The position numbers and the translations under genes are program-made. Under the pieces are notes generated by a model. That model was not told the origin of the DNA and ran no database searches. It saw nothing but the letters and a program-made list of their open reading frames with translations. 64,000 nt of DNA from the NCBI GenBank assembly GCA_963743915.1, contig CAVURN010000001.1, positions 768,001 to 832,000 of the forward strand. The letters are read 5' to 3'. Source of the stretch: an uncultured Actinomycetota bacterium (GTDB lineage Bacteria; Actinomycetota; Actinomycetes; JAHEKZ01). Positions 45,248 to 55,767 of this stretch are shown piece by piece (within the stretch, counting starts at the first letter, position 1; the number at the start of each line of letters is the position of its first letter).

Positions 45248-46627
45248 GTGACACCTCGGGTGTCCTTGGTGACCTTGGGCTGCGCCCGCAACGAAGTCGA
45301 CTCCGAAGAGCTCGCCGCGCGCCTCGAAGGTGCCGGTCTCGCGCTGGTCGACGAGCCATCCGATGCCGACGTCGTGGTGGTCAACACCTGCGGATTCGTG
45401 GCGTCGGCCAAGAAGGACTCGATCGACACCATGCTCGCGGCCGCCGACCTCAAGGCGACCGGCGGACCGCAGGCGGTGGTGGCAGTGGGGTGCCTGGCCG
45501 AGCGCTACGGCGGCGAGCTGGCCGACGAGCTGACCGAGGTCGATGCCGTCCTCGGATTCGACGACTACCCGCAGATCGCGGCCCGCGTGCGCTCCGTCCT
45601 GGCGGGCGAGCGTCCGACACCGCCAGTGCCGCAGGACCGGCGACTGCTGCTTCCGCTCGCCCCCGCGGACCGCACTGACGTCAGTACGCGCCGGGGTCCC
45701 GCGTCCGGCCCCCGGCTCGAGCGGCGCCGTCTCGACCGCAGCCCCGTCGCCCCGTTGAAGATCGCCTCGGGGTGCGACCGCCGCTGCTCGTTCTGCGCGA
45801 TTCCCAGCTTTCGGGGGGCCTTCGTCTCCCGGAACCCGGATGACGTGGTGGCCGAGGGACAGTGGTTGGCCGAGCGCGGCGTCAGCGAGCTCTTCCTCGT
45901 CAGCGAGAACTCGACGTCGTACGGCAAGGACCTCGGCGACCTCCGAGCGCTCGAGGCCATGCTGCCCCGGCTGACCGCGATCGACGGGGTGGAGCGGGTC
46001 CGCGTCAGCTACCTGCAGCCGGCCGAGGTCCGCCCCGGCCTGATCGAGACGATGACCGGCACCGACGGTGTCGCGGCCTACTTCGACCTGTCTTTCCAGC
46101 ACGCCAGCGGTCCGCTGTTGCGGCGCATGCGCCGGTTCGGCGACGCGCCTGCCTTCCTCGACCTCATCGGCACCATCCGGGAGCGCGCACCGCACGCGGG
46201 CATCCGGTCCAACGTGATCGTGGGTTTTCCGGGGGAGACCGACGCCGACGTCGCCGTGCTCACCGACTTTCTCACCGAGGCCCGGCTCGACGTCGTGGGC
46301 GTGTTCGGGTACTCCGACGAGGACGGCACCGAGGCGGAGGAGTTGTCCGGACATCTTCCCGAGGACGAGGTCGAAGCGCGTCGTCGCCACGTGCAGGACG
46401 TCGTCGAGCTCCTCGTCGACCAGCGCGCGGCCGATCGGGTCGGTGAGCAGGTCCGCGTGCTCGTCGAGGAGCAGGTGGACGGCGCGGCCGTGGGTCGCGC
46501 GGAGCACCAGGGTCCGGAGGTCGACGGCGTGGTCACCCTGCCCGGGTGTGACGCGGTGGCAGGTGCCTGGGTGGACGCGCGCGTCGTGGCGTCCGACGGT
46601 GTCGACCTGGTGGCGCGTACGACGTGA
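45248..46627 (+). CDS. rimO: Ribosomal protein S12 methylthiotransferase
   Basis: [40 protein letters not shown] domain with PEVDG. Confidence 0.95.
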   Translation: MTPRVSLVTLGCARNEVDSEELAARLEGAGLALVDEPSDADVVVVNTCGFVASAKKDSIDTMLAAADLKATGGPQAVVAVGCLAERYGGELADELTEVDAVLGFDDYPQIAARVRSVLAGERPTPPVPQDRRLLLPLAPADRTDVSTRRGPASGPRLERRRLDRSPVAPLKIASGCDRRCSFCAIPSFRGAFVSRNPDDVVAEGQWLAERGVSELFLVSENSTSYGKDLGDLRALEAMLPRLTAIDGVERVRVSYLQPAEVRPGLIETMTGTDGVAAYFDLSFQHASGPLLRRMRRFGDAPAFLDLIGTIRERAPHAGIRSNVIVGFPGETDADVAVLTDFLTEARLDVVGVFGYSDEDGTEAEELSGHLPEDEVEARRRHVQDVVELLVDQRAADRVGEQVRVLVEEQVDGAAVGRAEHQGPEVDGVVTLPGCDAVAGAWVDARVVASDGVDLVARTT

Positions 46628-47214
46628 GCACCGAACCGGTCCCGACCGAGGCCCCCTCGTCCTGGAACCTGCCCAACGCGTTGACCATGGGCCGGCTGCT
46701 CCTGGTGCCCGTCTTCGTGGTGGTCGGCTGGGTCGGGTACTCCCGGCCCGATGCCGGCTGGCAGGCGTGGGCCGCCCTGGTGTTCCTGGTGGCGGCGGTC
46801 ACCGACTTCATCGACGGTGAGCTCGCACGACGGACCGGCCAGGTCACCTCGGTCGGCAAGATCCTCGATCCCATCGCCGACAAGGCGCTGACCGGCTCGG
46901 CGCTCGTGCTGCTCTCGTGGTTCGACATGCTGCCGTGGTGGGTGACGGTCGTCGTCCTCGGCCGCGAGATCGGCGTGACACTGCTGCGCTTCTGGGTGAT
47001 CCGGCACGGCGTGATGGCAGCCAGCCGCGGCGGCAAGCTCAAGACCGCCCTGCAGATCCTGGCGATCACGCTGTTCCTGCTGCCGCTGGCGTCCGGAGGG
47101 CGCGCAGTCGCCGAGTGGGTCATGGCGGCTGCCGTGGTGGTCACTCTCGTGACCGGTGTCGACTACGTTGTGCGCGCCCTCGCACTGCGCAAGCAGGGGA
47201 GAGCTCATGAGTGA
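46624..47214 (+). CDS. pgsA: CDP-diacylglycerol--glycerol-3-phosphate 3-phosphatidyltransferase
   Basis: [18 protein letters not shown]...[15 protein letters not shown]. Confidence 0.95.
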   Translation: MSTEPVPTEAPSSWNLPNALTMGRLLLVPVFVVVGWVGYSRPDAGWQAWAALVFLVAAVTDFIDGELARRTGQVTSVGKILDPIADKALTGSALVLLSWFDMLPWWVTVVVLGREIGVTLLRFWVIRHGVMAASRGGKLKTALQILAITLFLLPLASGGRAVAEWVMAAAVVVTLVTGVDYVVRALALRKQGRAHE

Positions 47215-47677
47215 GAACGCAGCCCGCGCGGTGGCGGCCCTCACCCGCGTCGGGGGGTCGGTGGCGGTTGCCGAGTCGCTCACCGGGGGCCTGGTGCTGG
47301 CGGCGCTGACCGAAGGGCCAGGTGCGTCGGCGTCGGTCCGCGGAGGCACAGTGGTCTACGCGACCGACACCAAGCACACCGTCCTGGGCGTCGATGCGGG
47401 ACTGCTGGACGAGTGTGGGCCGGTCGACCCTGACGTTGCTGCCGCCATGGCCCGGCGCGTGCGGGCGCTGTTCGACGCCGAGATCGGTCTGGCGACCACC
47501 GGCGTGGCCGGGCCCGAGCCCCAGGACGGCCATCCGGTGGGCGAGGTCTACGTGGCGCTTGCCGACGCCAGCGGTGTCCGCGTCGAGTCGCTCCGCTTGG
47601 ACGGTGAGCGGATCGCCATCCAGAGGGCCACGGTCGAGGCTGTCGTGCAGCTGCTGCTGGACCGCCTGGGGGCGTGA
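47207..47677 (+). CDS. cinA: CinA C-terminal / NMN deamidase (PncC)
   Basis: AESLTGG, PGAS, YA..TK, TTGVAGP. Confidence 0.88.
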   Translation: MSENAARAVAALTRVGGSVAVAESLTGGLVLAALTEGPGASASVRGGTVVYATDTKHTVLGVDAGLLDECGPVDPDVAAAMARRVRALFDAEIGLATTGVAGPEPQDGHPVGEVYVALADASGVRVESLRLDGERIAIQRATVEAVVQLLLDRLGA

Positions 47678-47720
47678 CAGCCGCATTCCGCCTGGAGGTG
47701 GCCTCCCTGGCCCTCGGCAG

Positions 47721-47751
47721 GGAAGCCCCCGATGCTCGGCAGGGTTACACT
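47721..47751 (+). promoter_or_regulatory. clgR promoter: GGAAG-N18-GTT (SigR/SigH-type) overlapping TACACT
   Basis: GGAAG 47721-47725, GTT 47744-47746, TACACT 47746-47751. Confidence 0.45.
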
Positions 47752-47798
47752 GGAGAACCCAGCAGGGAGCCAGGGGAGACCGAAGCGGAGGACCGCCG

Positions 47799-48131
47799 AT
47801 GATCGTGCTGCGTCAGCACCTCGGCGACGAGCTGCGCCGCCAGCGGCAGAGCCAGGGACGCACGCTGCGTCAGGTCTCCGCCGCCGCTCGGGTCTCGCTC
47901 GGGTACCTCTCGGAGATCGAGCGCGGCCAGAAGGAGGCCAGCAGCGAGCTGCTGGCCTCGATCTGCGGTGCCCTCGAGCTCCCGCTCAGCCAGCTGCTGC
48001 GCCACGTCAGCGACGACATCGCGCTCGCCGAGCTGGCCACGGCCCCGCCGGTGGCTCCCCGCGACCGCTCCGACGACGACGGCTCCGGTGATGCCGACCG
48101 TTCCGGTGCCGGCGTGCCCGCCGCCGTCTGA
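47799..48131 (+). CDS. clgR: ClgR XRE-family transcriptional activator
   Basis: [40 protein letters not shown]; follows cinA. Confidence 0.9.
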   Translation: MIVLRQHLGDELRRQRQSQGRTLRQVSAAARVSLGYLSEIERGQKEASSELLASICGALELPLSQLLRHVSDDIALAELATAPPVAPRDRSDDDGSGDADRSGAGVPAAV

Positions 48132-48132
48132 C

Positions 48133-48612
48133 GTGCGGACCACTACTGCTCCACCGACGGTCGCACGCGCGCGGGCGGGCAATGCCATGGACCGCGCCCG
48201 GTCGCAGATCCTCGCCGCCGCCGGCAGCCTGGTCGCCGAGGCCGGACTGCGCGGAGTCACGATGGCCGCGCTCGCCCGACGCGCCCGGGTGGCCAAGGCG
48301 ACCGTCTACAACCATTTCCGTGACCGCGACGAGGTGCTGCGCGCGCTGATGCGCGGCGAACGCGATGCCCTGCTGGCGCACTGCGCCGAGCATCCACGAG
48401 GGGAGCGCCTCGAGGCGGCTGCCCGATGGATCGCCGAGCACCCCGTGCTCGCCGGCCTGCGCTCTCACGACCCCGCGGTGGTGATCGGTCTGGCGAACGC
48501 GGCCGTCCACGATCCGCAGGTCGCCGAGCAGGTGGCGGCCTGGGCCGGGCCCTCTCGGGACACCGACGCCAGCACCCGGTGGCTGGTCTCCTTCGCCGTC
48601 ACGTCGCGGTGA
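48133..48612 (+). CDS. Short TetR-family regulator
   Basis: VTMAALARRARVAKATVYNHF; start uncertain (48133 or 48187). Confidence 0.8.
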   Translation: MRTTTAPPTVARARAGNAMDRARSQILAAAGSLVAEAGLRGVTMAALARRARVAKATVYNHFRDRDEVLRALMRGERDALLAHCAEHPRGERLEAAARWIAEHPVLAGLRSHDPAVVIGLANAAVHDPQVAEQVAAWAGPSRDTDASTRWLVSFAVTSR

Positions 48613-48629
48613 CAGCCGAGCCGCACTGA

Positions 48630-48697
48630 CGTCCACCAGCTCCGCACTCGATGGGTCTGGGCGTCCACCAGCTCCGCACTCGGCGGGCCTTGGGTCA
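48630..48697 (-). repeat. Two tandem 32-bp-period units of the proS-associated repeat
   Basis: CGTCCACCAGCTCCGCACTCG exact at 48630-48650 and 48662-48682, directly after the lhr stop codon. Confidence 0.85.
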
Positions 48698-51600
48698 GCG
48701 GGGAGATCGGAGGCGCAGGCCGCGTGGGGTGGTGGCGAATCCCGCATCCGCCAGCAGGTCTCGCCACGGGGTGCCGTGCACCGGCTCGCCGTCGACCTTC
48801 TCGAGCATGACCGCCGGACGCCGGCCGCTGCGCACAGCCTCGACCACGGCGGAGACGGCCGCGGCGGCCCGTGGGTCGGACGCCGGCACCCAGCTGAGCA
48901 GGGACCGGCCCCCGCGTTCGAGGTACAGCACCAGGCCCTGCCCGTCCACGACCACGCTCGCGCCGACGGCCCGGCCAGGGCGGTGCGTGCCGGAGGCTGC
49001 GGGCCAGGGGAGCGCCGCGCCGAAGGGGTTGGCCGGGTCGGTGGCGGCCAGCACCAGGGCCGCACCGGTGTCGTCGACGGCACGCAGGCGGTCCACCGCA
49101 TCACCGGCCGCGAACTGGGCCGCCCCCAGGCCCTCGACGAAGTAGCCGCGCCGGACTCGGCCCGCCTCCTCCATCGTGGCGAGTACCCGGTACACGGCCG
49201 CGAACCCTCCGGGCACGCCCTCCTCGGCCACCGCACCACGGGTGACGACGCCGTGCCGTGACAGCAGTGCCTCTGCCGTGGCGTGCCCGCGCAGCGTAGG
49301 CGACTCCCGGAACTCGGGCAGGCGGGTCCAGCGGCCCGGCATCAAGGTCTGGCTCCGTGGGGCGATCGCGCGTCCGCCCAACCCGGGTCGAGGACGGTTC
49401 GGGTACCGACCCGACGGTGGCCTGACACGTCGCGACGTCGGCCGACCGGACGCCGCGACCCGGGCCCGCACCGCCGCCAGCGTGTCGTTCGTCAGCATCC
49501 CCGCCCAGACGAGGTCCCAAAGACCGGTGTCCACGGCGTCGGCTCCGAGCCCCGATCCCTCCAGCGCCTGCTCGACCTGGCGGGTGAGCAGAGCCGTTCC
49601 GTCCTGCAGCAGGTCGAGCAGCGCCGAGTGCGCGGGTGTGGGATCGGTGAGGGGCGTCGGGTCTGGGAGCAATGCAGATGCCCGGTCGACCGGCACGAAC
49701 CCCAGCCACCCGTCCCCCCGGGGGAGAGCACCGGCCCCGTACCAGAGCACCTCACCGGACGCGGTCAGCTCGTCGAGCAGCTCAGGCCGGTAGTCGACCA
49801 CCCGGGAGGGCAGGATGCTGCGCTCCCACTCCGAGGCGGGAGCGGCACGGCCGGCCAGCTGGTCGAGGACGCTCAGCACCCCGTCGACGCCGCGCAGCGA
49901 ACGCGTGACCTCCTGCCACTGAGGCAGGAACCCGCAGAGCCGCTCGGCGGGAACCGGCTCGACGCTGCGCTGGACCAGCGCCAGGCTGGCCCGGCGGATC
50001 TGACGCAGGACGTCGCTGTCGCACCACTCGCTGCCGACGCGTCCAGGGCGGAAGGCGCCCCGCACGAGCCGTCCTTGCGCCGCGAGCCGCTCGAGGGTGC
50101 CGGTGACGACGGCGGGCCCGAGCCCGAGGGCCGCCGCAGCCTCGGCGGTGTCGAACGGACCGTGGGTGCGGGCGAACCTGCTGAGGAGGTCGCCGAGCGG
50201 GTCGGCGACCGCCTCGGCGAAGGCACCGGAGACGCCGGCAGGGAGCGGGATCCCCAGGGCGTCCCGTAGCCGACCGAGGTCCTCGACGGCCACCCAGCGC
50301 TCGCCGGGAGGCAGGCGGAGGCGGACGGCCCGACGTTGCTCGGCCAGCTGCTCGGCCCAGCCCACCTCGCCCCCGCGTTCGAGCAGGTCGGCGTCGGAGA
50401 GGGGTCCGAGGACGCGGAGAGCGTCGGCGACGGACTCGGCGTCCCGCAGCCGGCGCTCGTCGGTGAGCCAGCGGACGCGACGTTCGACGGCGGTGATGGC
50501 TTCTGGCTCGAGCAGCTCACGCAGCTCGGCCTGGCCGAGCAGCTCGGCGAGCAGCGTGGTGTCGACGGTGAGGGCCGCGGCGCGCCGCTCGGCCAGGGGT
50601 GCGTCCCCCTCGTAGAGAAAGGCGCCCACGTACGAGAAGAGCAACGAGCCGGCGAACGGTGACGGCCGGGGCGTCTCGACGTCGACGACCCGGACGCGTC
50701 CGGAGGCGAGGTCGGACTGCAGCGCCTGCAGCCCGGGAACGTCGAAGACGTCCTGCAGGCACTCACGCATCGTCTCCAGGACGATGGGGAACGTCGGATG
50801 ACCGCTCGCCACCCCGAGCAGCTGCGCCGACCGCTGACGCTGCTGCCAGAGCGGCGTGCGCCGGTCGGGCCGACGTCGGGGAAGCAGCAGCGCCCGGGCG
50901 GCGCACTCGCGGAATCGTGCCGCGAAGAGCGCCGACCCCCACACAGCGTCGGTGACCAGCCGCTCCACGTCGTCGGGGTCGATCAGCAGGTGCTCGACGA
51001 CGTCGGGCACTGCGTCGTCGCCGAGGTCTGGCATGCGGAGCACGATCCCGTCGTCGGACGGCATCACCTGCACGTCCATGTCGAGCGTGTCGCGCAGCCG
51101 GGCGGCGACGACCATCGCCCACGGGGTGTTGACGCGGCCTCCGAAGACGGAGTGCACGACGAGACGCCAGTCGCCGATCTCGTCGCGGAAGCGTTCGACG
51201 ACGACGGTGCGGTCGTCCGGGACGTGCCCGGTGGCGGCCGCCTGTTCGGCGAGGTAGGCGACGGCGTTGTCGGCAGCCCGCGGATCGAGGCCGTCGGCGG
51301 CCAACAGGGCACGCGCGTCGTCCTCGGACCGACCGCGCAGCTGACGCAGCGCGGCACCGACGGCGATCCCGAGCTCGCGCGGGCGTCCGATCGCGTCGCC
51401 GTGCCAGAAGGGGAGCTTGCCGGCCCGCCCCGGCGCCGGCACGACGAGGACACGGTCGTGGGTGATGTCCACGATCTGCCAGGAGGTGGAGCCCAGCGCG
51501 AACACGTCGCCGATGCGCGACTCGTAGACCATCTCCTCGTCCAGCTCACCGACCCGGCGTCCGGGGCCTTCGCCGTCCGCGAGGAAGACCCCGTAGAGGC

Positions 51601-53205
51601 CACGGTCGGGGATGGTTCCCCCGTTGATGACCGCCACCCGGTGCGTTCCCGGGCGCGCGGACAGGGTGGAGGTCTCGCGGTCCCAGACCAGTCGGGGCTT
51701 GAGCTCGGCGAAGGCGTCGGACGGGTAGCGCCCGGCGAGCATGTCGAGCACCGCCTCGAGGGCGGAGTCGGGGAGCGTCCGGAAGGGGTCGGCGCGGCGG
51801 ACGAGCCTGGCGAGGTCAGCAACCCGCCAGTCATCCATCGCGACCATGGCGACGATCTGCTGCGCCAGCACGTCGAGCGGGTTGCGCGGCACCGCCAGCG
51901 CCTCGATCTCACCGGACCGCATGCGCTGCACCGTGACCGCCGTGGGGACGAGGTCGCCTCGGTGCTTCGGGAACACGACGCCGCGGGAGACGCCGTCGAC
52001 GTGGTGCCCCGCACGTCCGATCCGCTGCAGCCCACTGGCGACCGACGGCGGCGCCTCCACCTGCACGACGAGATCGACCGCACCCATGTCGATGCCGAGC
52101 TCGAGGCTGCTGGTGGCCACGACCGCAGGGAGCAGCCCGCCCTTGAGGTCCTCCTCGATCTGGAGCCGCTGCTCGCGGGAGACCGACCCGTGATGGGCAC
52201 GGGCGATCACGTGCGTCTCCGCCACCGGCAGGGTCGCGCCGGCCTGCGCCATGACCTGGGCCGGCGCGTCGGCCGAGGGAGGGAGCCGAGCTCACGTCGC
52301 GCCGCCTCCTCGTTGAGCCGGGCTGCGAGCCGCTCCGTCAGGCGTCGCGAGTTGGCGAACACGATCGTCGACCGGTGCTCGGCGACGAGGTCGACGATGT
52401 GCGACTCGACGTGCGGCCAGATCGACGGGGCGCTCGCGGGCGGACCTTCACCCAGGTCGGTGTCGGCCGCATCACCGAGTGCGCCGAGGTCCTCGACGGG
52501 GACCACGACCGAGAGGTCGAGCTCCTTGTGCGAGGGCGGCTGCACGACGGTGACGTCCTGCGCCCCGCCGAGGAAGGAGGCCACGACGTCGGTGGGTCGC
52601 ACCGTCGCCGACAGCCCGATCCGCTGCGCAGGGCGGTCGAGCAGGGCGTCCAGGCGCTCGAGCGAGAGCGCGAGGTGGGCCCCGCGCTTGGTGCCTGCGA
52701 CGGCATGAACCTCGTCCACGATCACGGTCGCGACCGTGCGCAGGGTGTCCCGCGCCCTCGAGGTCAGCAGCAGGTAGAGCGACTCGGGCGTGGTGATGAG
52801 GATGTCGCCGGGGTGACGAAGCTGGCGCTGCCGCTCACCGGCAGGGGTGTCGCCCGAGCGCAGGGCCACGGAGATGTCCGGCGCGCGCTGGCCGGCTGCG
52901 TCATAGGCGTTGCGGATGCCCGTGAGCGGCGCCCGCAGGTTGCGCTCGACGTCGACGGCGAGCGCCTTGAGAGGGGAGACGTACAGCACCTGGGTGCCCG
53001 TCCCGGTCGTTGACGCCGCGAGCCGGTCGAGGGCCCACAGGAACGCCGCGAGCGTCTTTCCCGATCCCGTCGGTGCCACCACCAGCGTGTGGCGGCCGCT
53101 GCTGATCGCCTGCCACGCGGCATCCTGGGCAGGAGTGGGGGAGGCGAAGACCGTCTCGAACCACTGCCGGGTCTGCGGCGAGAACGAGGCGAGGGGTGCG
53201 GGCAC
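48695..53205 (-). CDS. lhr: Lhr-family ATP-dependent helicase, full length with C-terminal glycosylase-like domain; one apparent frameshift near 52280
   Basis: APTGSGKT, SPLKALA, TTPESL, DEVH, LSAT in ORF 52207..53556; HHGS, ATSSLELGID, QRIGRAGH, ATDPANP in ORF 48695..52252; adding one C restores the frame. Confidence 0.9.
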
Positions 53206-53211
53206 CCACCC

Positions 53212-53233
53212 ATCTTGGTCGGTGCCACCGACG
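53212..53233 (-). promoter_or_regulatory. PafBC/RecA-NDp-like DNA-damage promoter of lhr (leaderless)
   Basis: Minus strand cGTCGGTG-N8-CAAGAT, then 6 nt, then GTG. Confidence 0.55.
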
Positions 53234-53287
53234 CCGTCACCGGCGTGGCCCCTTGTGCCCAGCGCCCCGGCACGGATGAATGGCCCG

Positions 53288-54121
53288 ATGACCTCACCAC
53301 ACGCCGTCCGGCGGGCCCGGACCGCCTCCCTGACCCTGCTCGCCGTCGTCGCGATGGTGGTGCTCTCGGGCTGCTTCAAGCTCGACATGGAGCTCGAGCT
53401 CGCCTCCGACGACACGGTCGACGGCTCGATCATCGTGGCGGCGCAGCGCAGCTTCGCCGAGCTCGCCGGTGGCGAGGACGCGCTGCGCGAGAGTCTCTCC
53501 CAGGACGGCAGCGGACTGGTCGGTGGGCAGCCGGAGTCCGGCTCGGTGGAGACCAAGGACTACGAGGACGACGACTGGATCGGCGTCGAGTACGTGGTCG
53601 AGGACGTGCCGCTGGACGAGTTCGGCGGGACCGACTCCGGGGACCTGTCCATCACGCGGGAGGGTGACGAGTTCGTCGTCGCGGGCACCATGGACCTGTC
53701 CGGCGGGGTCTCCGACGATCCCGCCGCGAACGCGATGCTGGACGAGGCCGAGATCGAGATCTCGATCACCTTCCCCGGTGAGATCGTCAGCAGCAACGGC
53801 GAGGAGGACGGCAACACGGTGACGTGGACCCCGGTTGCCGGCGAGACGCTCGAGGTCAACGCTGTGGGCAAGGCCGAGGGAGGACCTCCCTGGGCGCTCA
53901 TCGGGGCGGCGCTCGCCGTCCTCGCGCTGGTGGTCGTCGGTGTGGTGCTCTTCGTGGTCGTCCGCGGACGGCAGTCCGCCCCGGCGGTTGCTCAACCCCT
54001 GGGTGACGGGAGCATCGTTCCCGGGGACGGCGCGGCGGTGCCACCCGGTGACGTCGCACCCCCGTCCGCCGGCGAGCCACCTGCCGCGCCGCCGGCCCCT
54101 CCCACTCCTCCCTCTGCCTGA
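53288..54121 (+). CDS. LppM-like lipoprotein with C-terminal TM anchor
   Basis: VLSGC lipobox, acidic beta-rich body with TFPGEI..SNG...VTW, C-terminal TM helix and Pro-rich tail. Confidence 0.75.
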   Translation: MTSPHAVRRARTASLTLLAVVAMVVLSGCFKLDMELELASDDTVDGSIIVAAQRSFAELAGGEDALRESLSQDGSGLVGGQPESGSVETKDYEDDDWIGVEYVVEDVPLDEFGGTDSGDLSITREGDEFVVAGTMDLSGGVSDDPAANAMLDEAEIEISITFPGEIVSSNGEEDGNTVTWTPVAGETLEVNAVGKAEGGPPWALIGAALAVLALVVVGVVLFVVVRGRQSAPAVAQPLGDGSIVPGDGAAVPPGDVAPPSAGEPPAAPPAPPTPPSA

Positions 54122-54142
54122 GCGGGCCTTAGAGTCGGAGCC

Positions 54143-54337
54143 GTGCGGCTGAGCGACTTCTGGGAGCGGATGGAGCACCACCTCGGTGCGGCGTACGCCC
54201 GCAGCTACGCACGCGACCACGTCCTGGCTGACCTCGAGGGACGCACCGTCGAACAGGCGCTGACCGACGGTGAGGACGCGACGCGCGTCTGGCGTGCCGT
54301 GGTCGCGGCGCTCGAGCTCCCGGCGAAGTTCCGGTGA
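54143..54337 (+). CDS. DUF3046 protein
   Basis: MRLSDFWERM...DHVLADLEGRTVEQAL..G...VWRAV; typical upstream of actinobacterial recA. Confidence 0.9.
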   Translation: MRLSDFWERMEHHLGAAYARSYARDHVLADLEGRTVEQALTDGEDATRVWRAVVAALELPAKFR

Positions 54338-55641
54338 ACGGCGCCACCGAGGCGCACCTACCCGACCCGCTGCAGCGCCGCACGGTCCGCGTCCTGGCCG
54401 GGGCGCAGGTGCTGAGCGGGGTCGGCGTCGGGGCGGGGATCGCCGCAGGCAGTCTGCTCGTCGCGGAGATCACCGGGTCGGAGGGGCTGGCCGGACTGGC
54501 CCAGACCGCCGGCGTGGTGGGTGCGGCCGTGGCCGCTGGGCCGCTTGCGTGGCTCTCCTCCCGCTCCGGACGCCGGGTCGGGCTGGCCACCGGGTTCTGG
54601 ATAGCCGCCACCGGTGCGGCCGTCGTCGTCGCGGCAGCCGTCATCGAGCTGCTGCCACTGGTGCTGGTCGGCACCTTCGCGGTCGGCATCGCCTCCGCCG
54701 TCGGACTACAGGCACGGTATGCGGCCGGAGACCTGGCGGAACCGCAGCACCTCGCGCGAGACCTCTCGCTGGTGGTCTGGTCCACGACCGTCGGAGCCGT
54801 GCTCGGACCCAACCTGATGGAGCCGGCTTCCCGCCTCGCCGACTCCATGGGCCTGCCGCCGTTGAGCGGGCCCTACCTGCTCACCGCGGCAGCGGTGACG
54901 CTGGCGGCCCTGCTCATCACCGGTGGGCTGCGCCCCGACCCATTGCTGGAGAGCCGCGCAAGGGCGCACGCAGAGGCCGAGGCGACGGGGGGCGAGCCGC
55001 CGCGTCCGCACGCCGGCCTGGTGGCCGAGCTGGCGCACGGCGTACGAGTCATCCGACAGGCGCCGGGGGCGTCGTTGGCCGTGGCCTCGATCGCGGTCGG
55101 GCACATGGTGATGGTCATGGTGATGGTCATGACGCCCGTGCACATGCAGCACGTCGACGTCACTTTGCAGGTCGTCGGGCTGGTCATCAGCGTGCACATC
55201 CTCGGGATGTTCGCGTTCTCACCCCTCGTCGGCTGGCTGGCCGACCGGTGGGGGAGCCTGCCGGTCATCGCCCTCGGGGTGGCGGTGCAGGCACTCGCCT
55301 GCCTGATTGCCGGAACCGCACCTGGGGACGCCGTGGGACAGCTCGGGATCGGCTTGTTCCTGCTGGGCCTCGGCTGGTCGGGCACCCTCGTCGGCGGCTC
55401 GGCCCTGCTGACGGTCTCGGTGCCGGAGGAGTCGCGCCCCGCGGCGCAGGGGGTGGGGGACACCCTGATGAACGTGGCCGCCGCCGCCGGTGGGGCCCTG
55501 GCCGGAGTGATCGTGGCTGGGGCGTCCTACGGCTGGCTGACGGCGGTCGCCGCACTCTGCCTGGTGCCGCTCGCACTGGCCCTGGCGATCGGGCGGCCAC
55601 CGCGGCGTGTCGCCGATGACGTTCGAACACCTGTTCGGTAA
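54334..55641 (+). CDS. MFS transporter
   Basis: About 12 TM helices; SRSGRR, QARYAAGDLA, GWLADRWG motifs. Confidence 0.9.
   Translation: MNGATEAHLPDPLQRRTVRVLAGAQVLSGVGVGAGIAAGSLLVAEITGSEGLAGLAQTAGVVGAAVAAGPLAWLSSRSGRRVGLATGFWIAATGAAVVVAAAVIELLPLVLVGTFAVGIASAVGLQARYAAGDLAEPQHLARDLSLVVWSTTVGAVLGPNLMEPASRLADSMGLPPLSGPYLLTAAAVTLAALLITGGLRPDPLLESRARAHAEAEATGGEPPRPHAGLVAELAHGVRVIRQAPGASLAVASIAVGHMVMVMVMVMTPVHMQHVDVTLQVVGLVISVHILGMFAFSPLVGWLADRWGSLPVIALGVAVQALACLIAGTAPGDAVGQLGIGLFLLGLGWSGTLVGGSALLTVSVPEESRPAAQGVGDTLMNVAAAAGGALAGVIVAGASYGWLTAVAALCLVPLALALAIGRPPRRVADDVRTPVR
55623..55638. promoter_or_regulatory. LexA SOS box (GAAC-N4-GTTC)
   Basis: TCGAACACCTGTTCGG upstream of recA, overlapping the MFS 3' end. 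Confidence 0.85.
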
Positions 55642-55693
55642 CGTTCCCGTCTGACGCCCCAGTTGTCCACCGGTGGGCCCAGCCCGATGGTGC

Positions 55694-55716
55694 TTGTCAG
55701 TGGCCCGCCGTAGCGT
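55694..55716 (+). promoter_or_regulatory. PafBC-dependent (RecA-NDp) promoter of recA
   Basis: TTGTCAGTG-N8-TAGCGT, exact fit to TTGTCRGTG-N8-TAnnnT. Confidence 0.85.
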
Positions 55717-55767
55717 CGCTCGCGACATCGCACGACCGCCGCCCACGGCACCGATGAAGGGAACCCC

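Noticed and set aside
52260-52290. Programmed ribosomal frameshift in lhr
   Set aside because: No slippery heptamer; a one-base loss in a CTCCCTCCC tract is better explained by consensus error, given the other indels.
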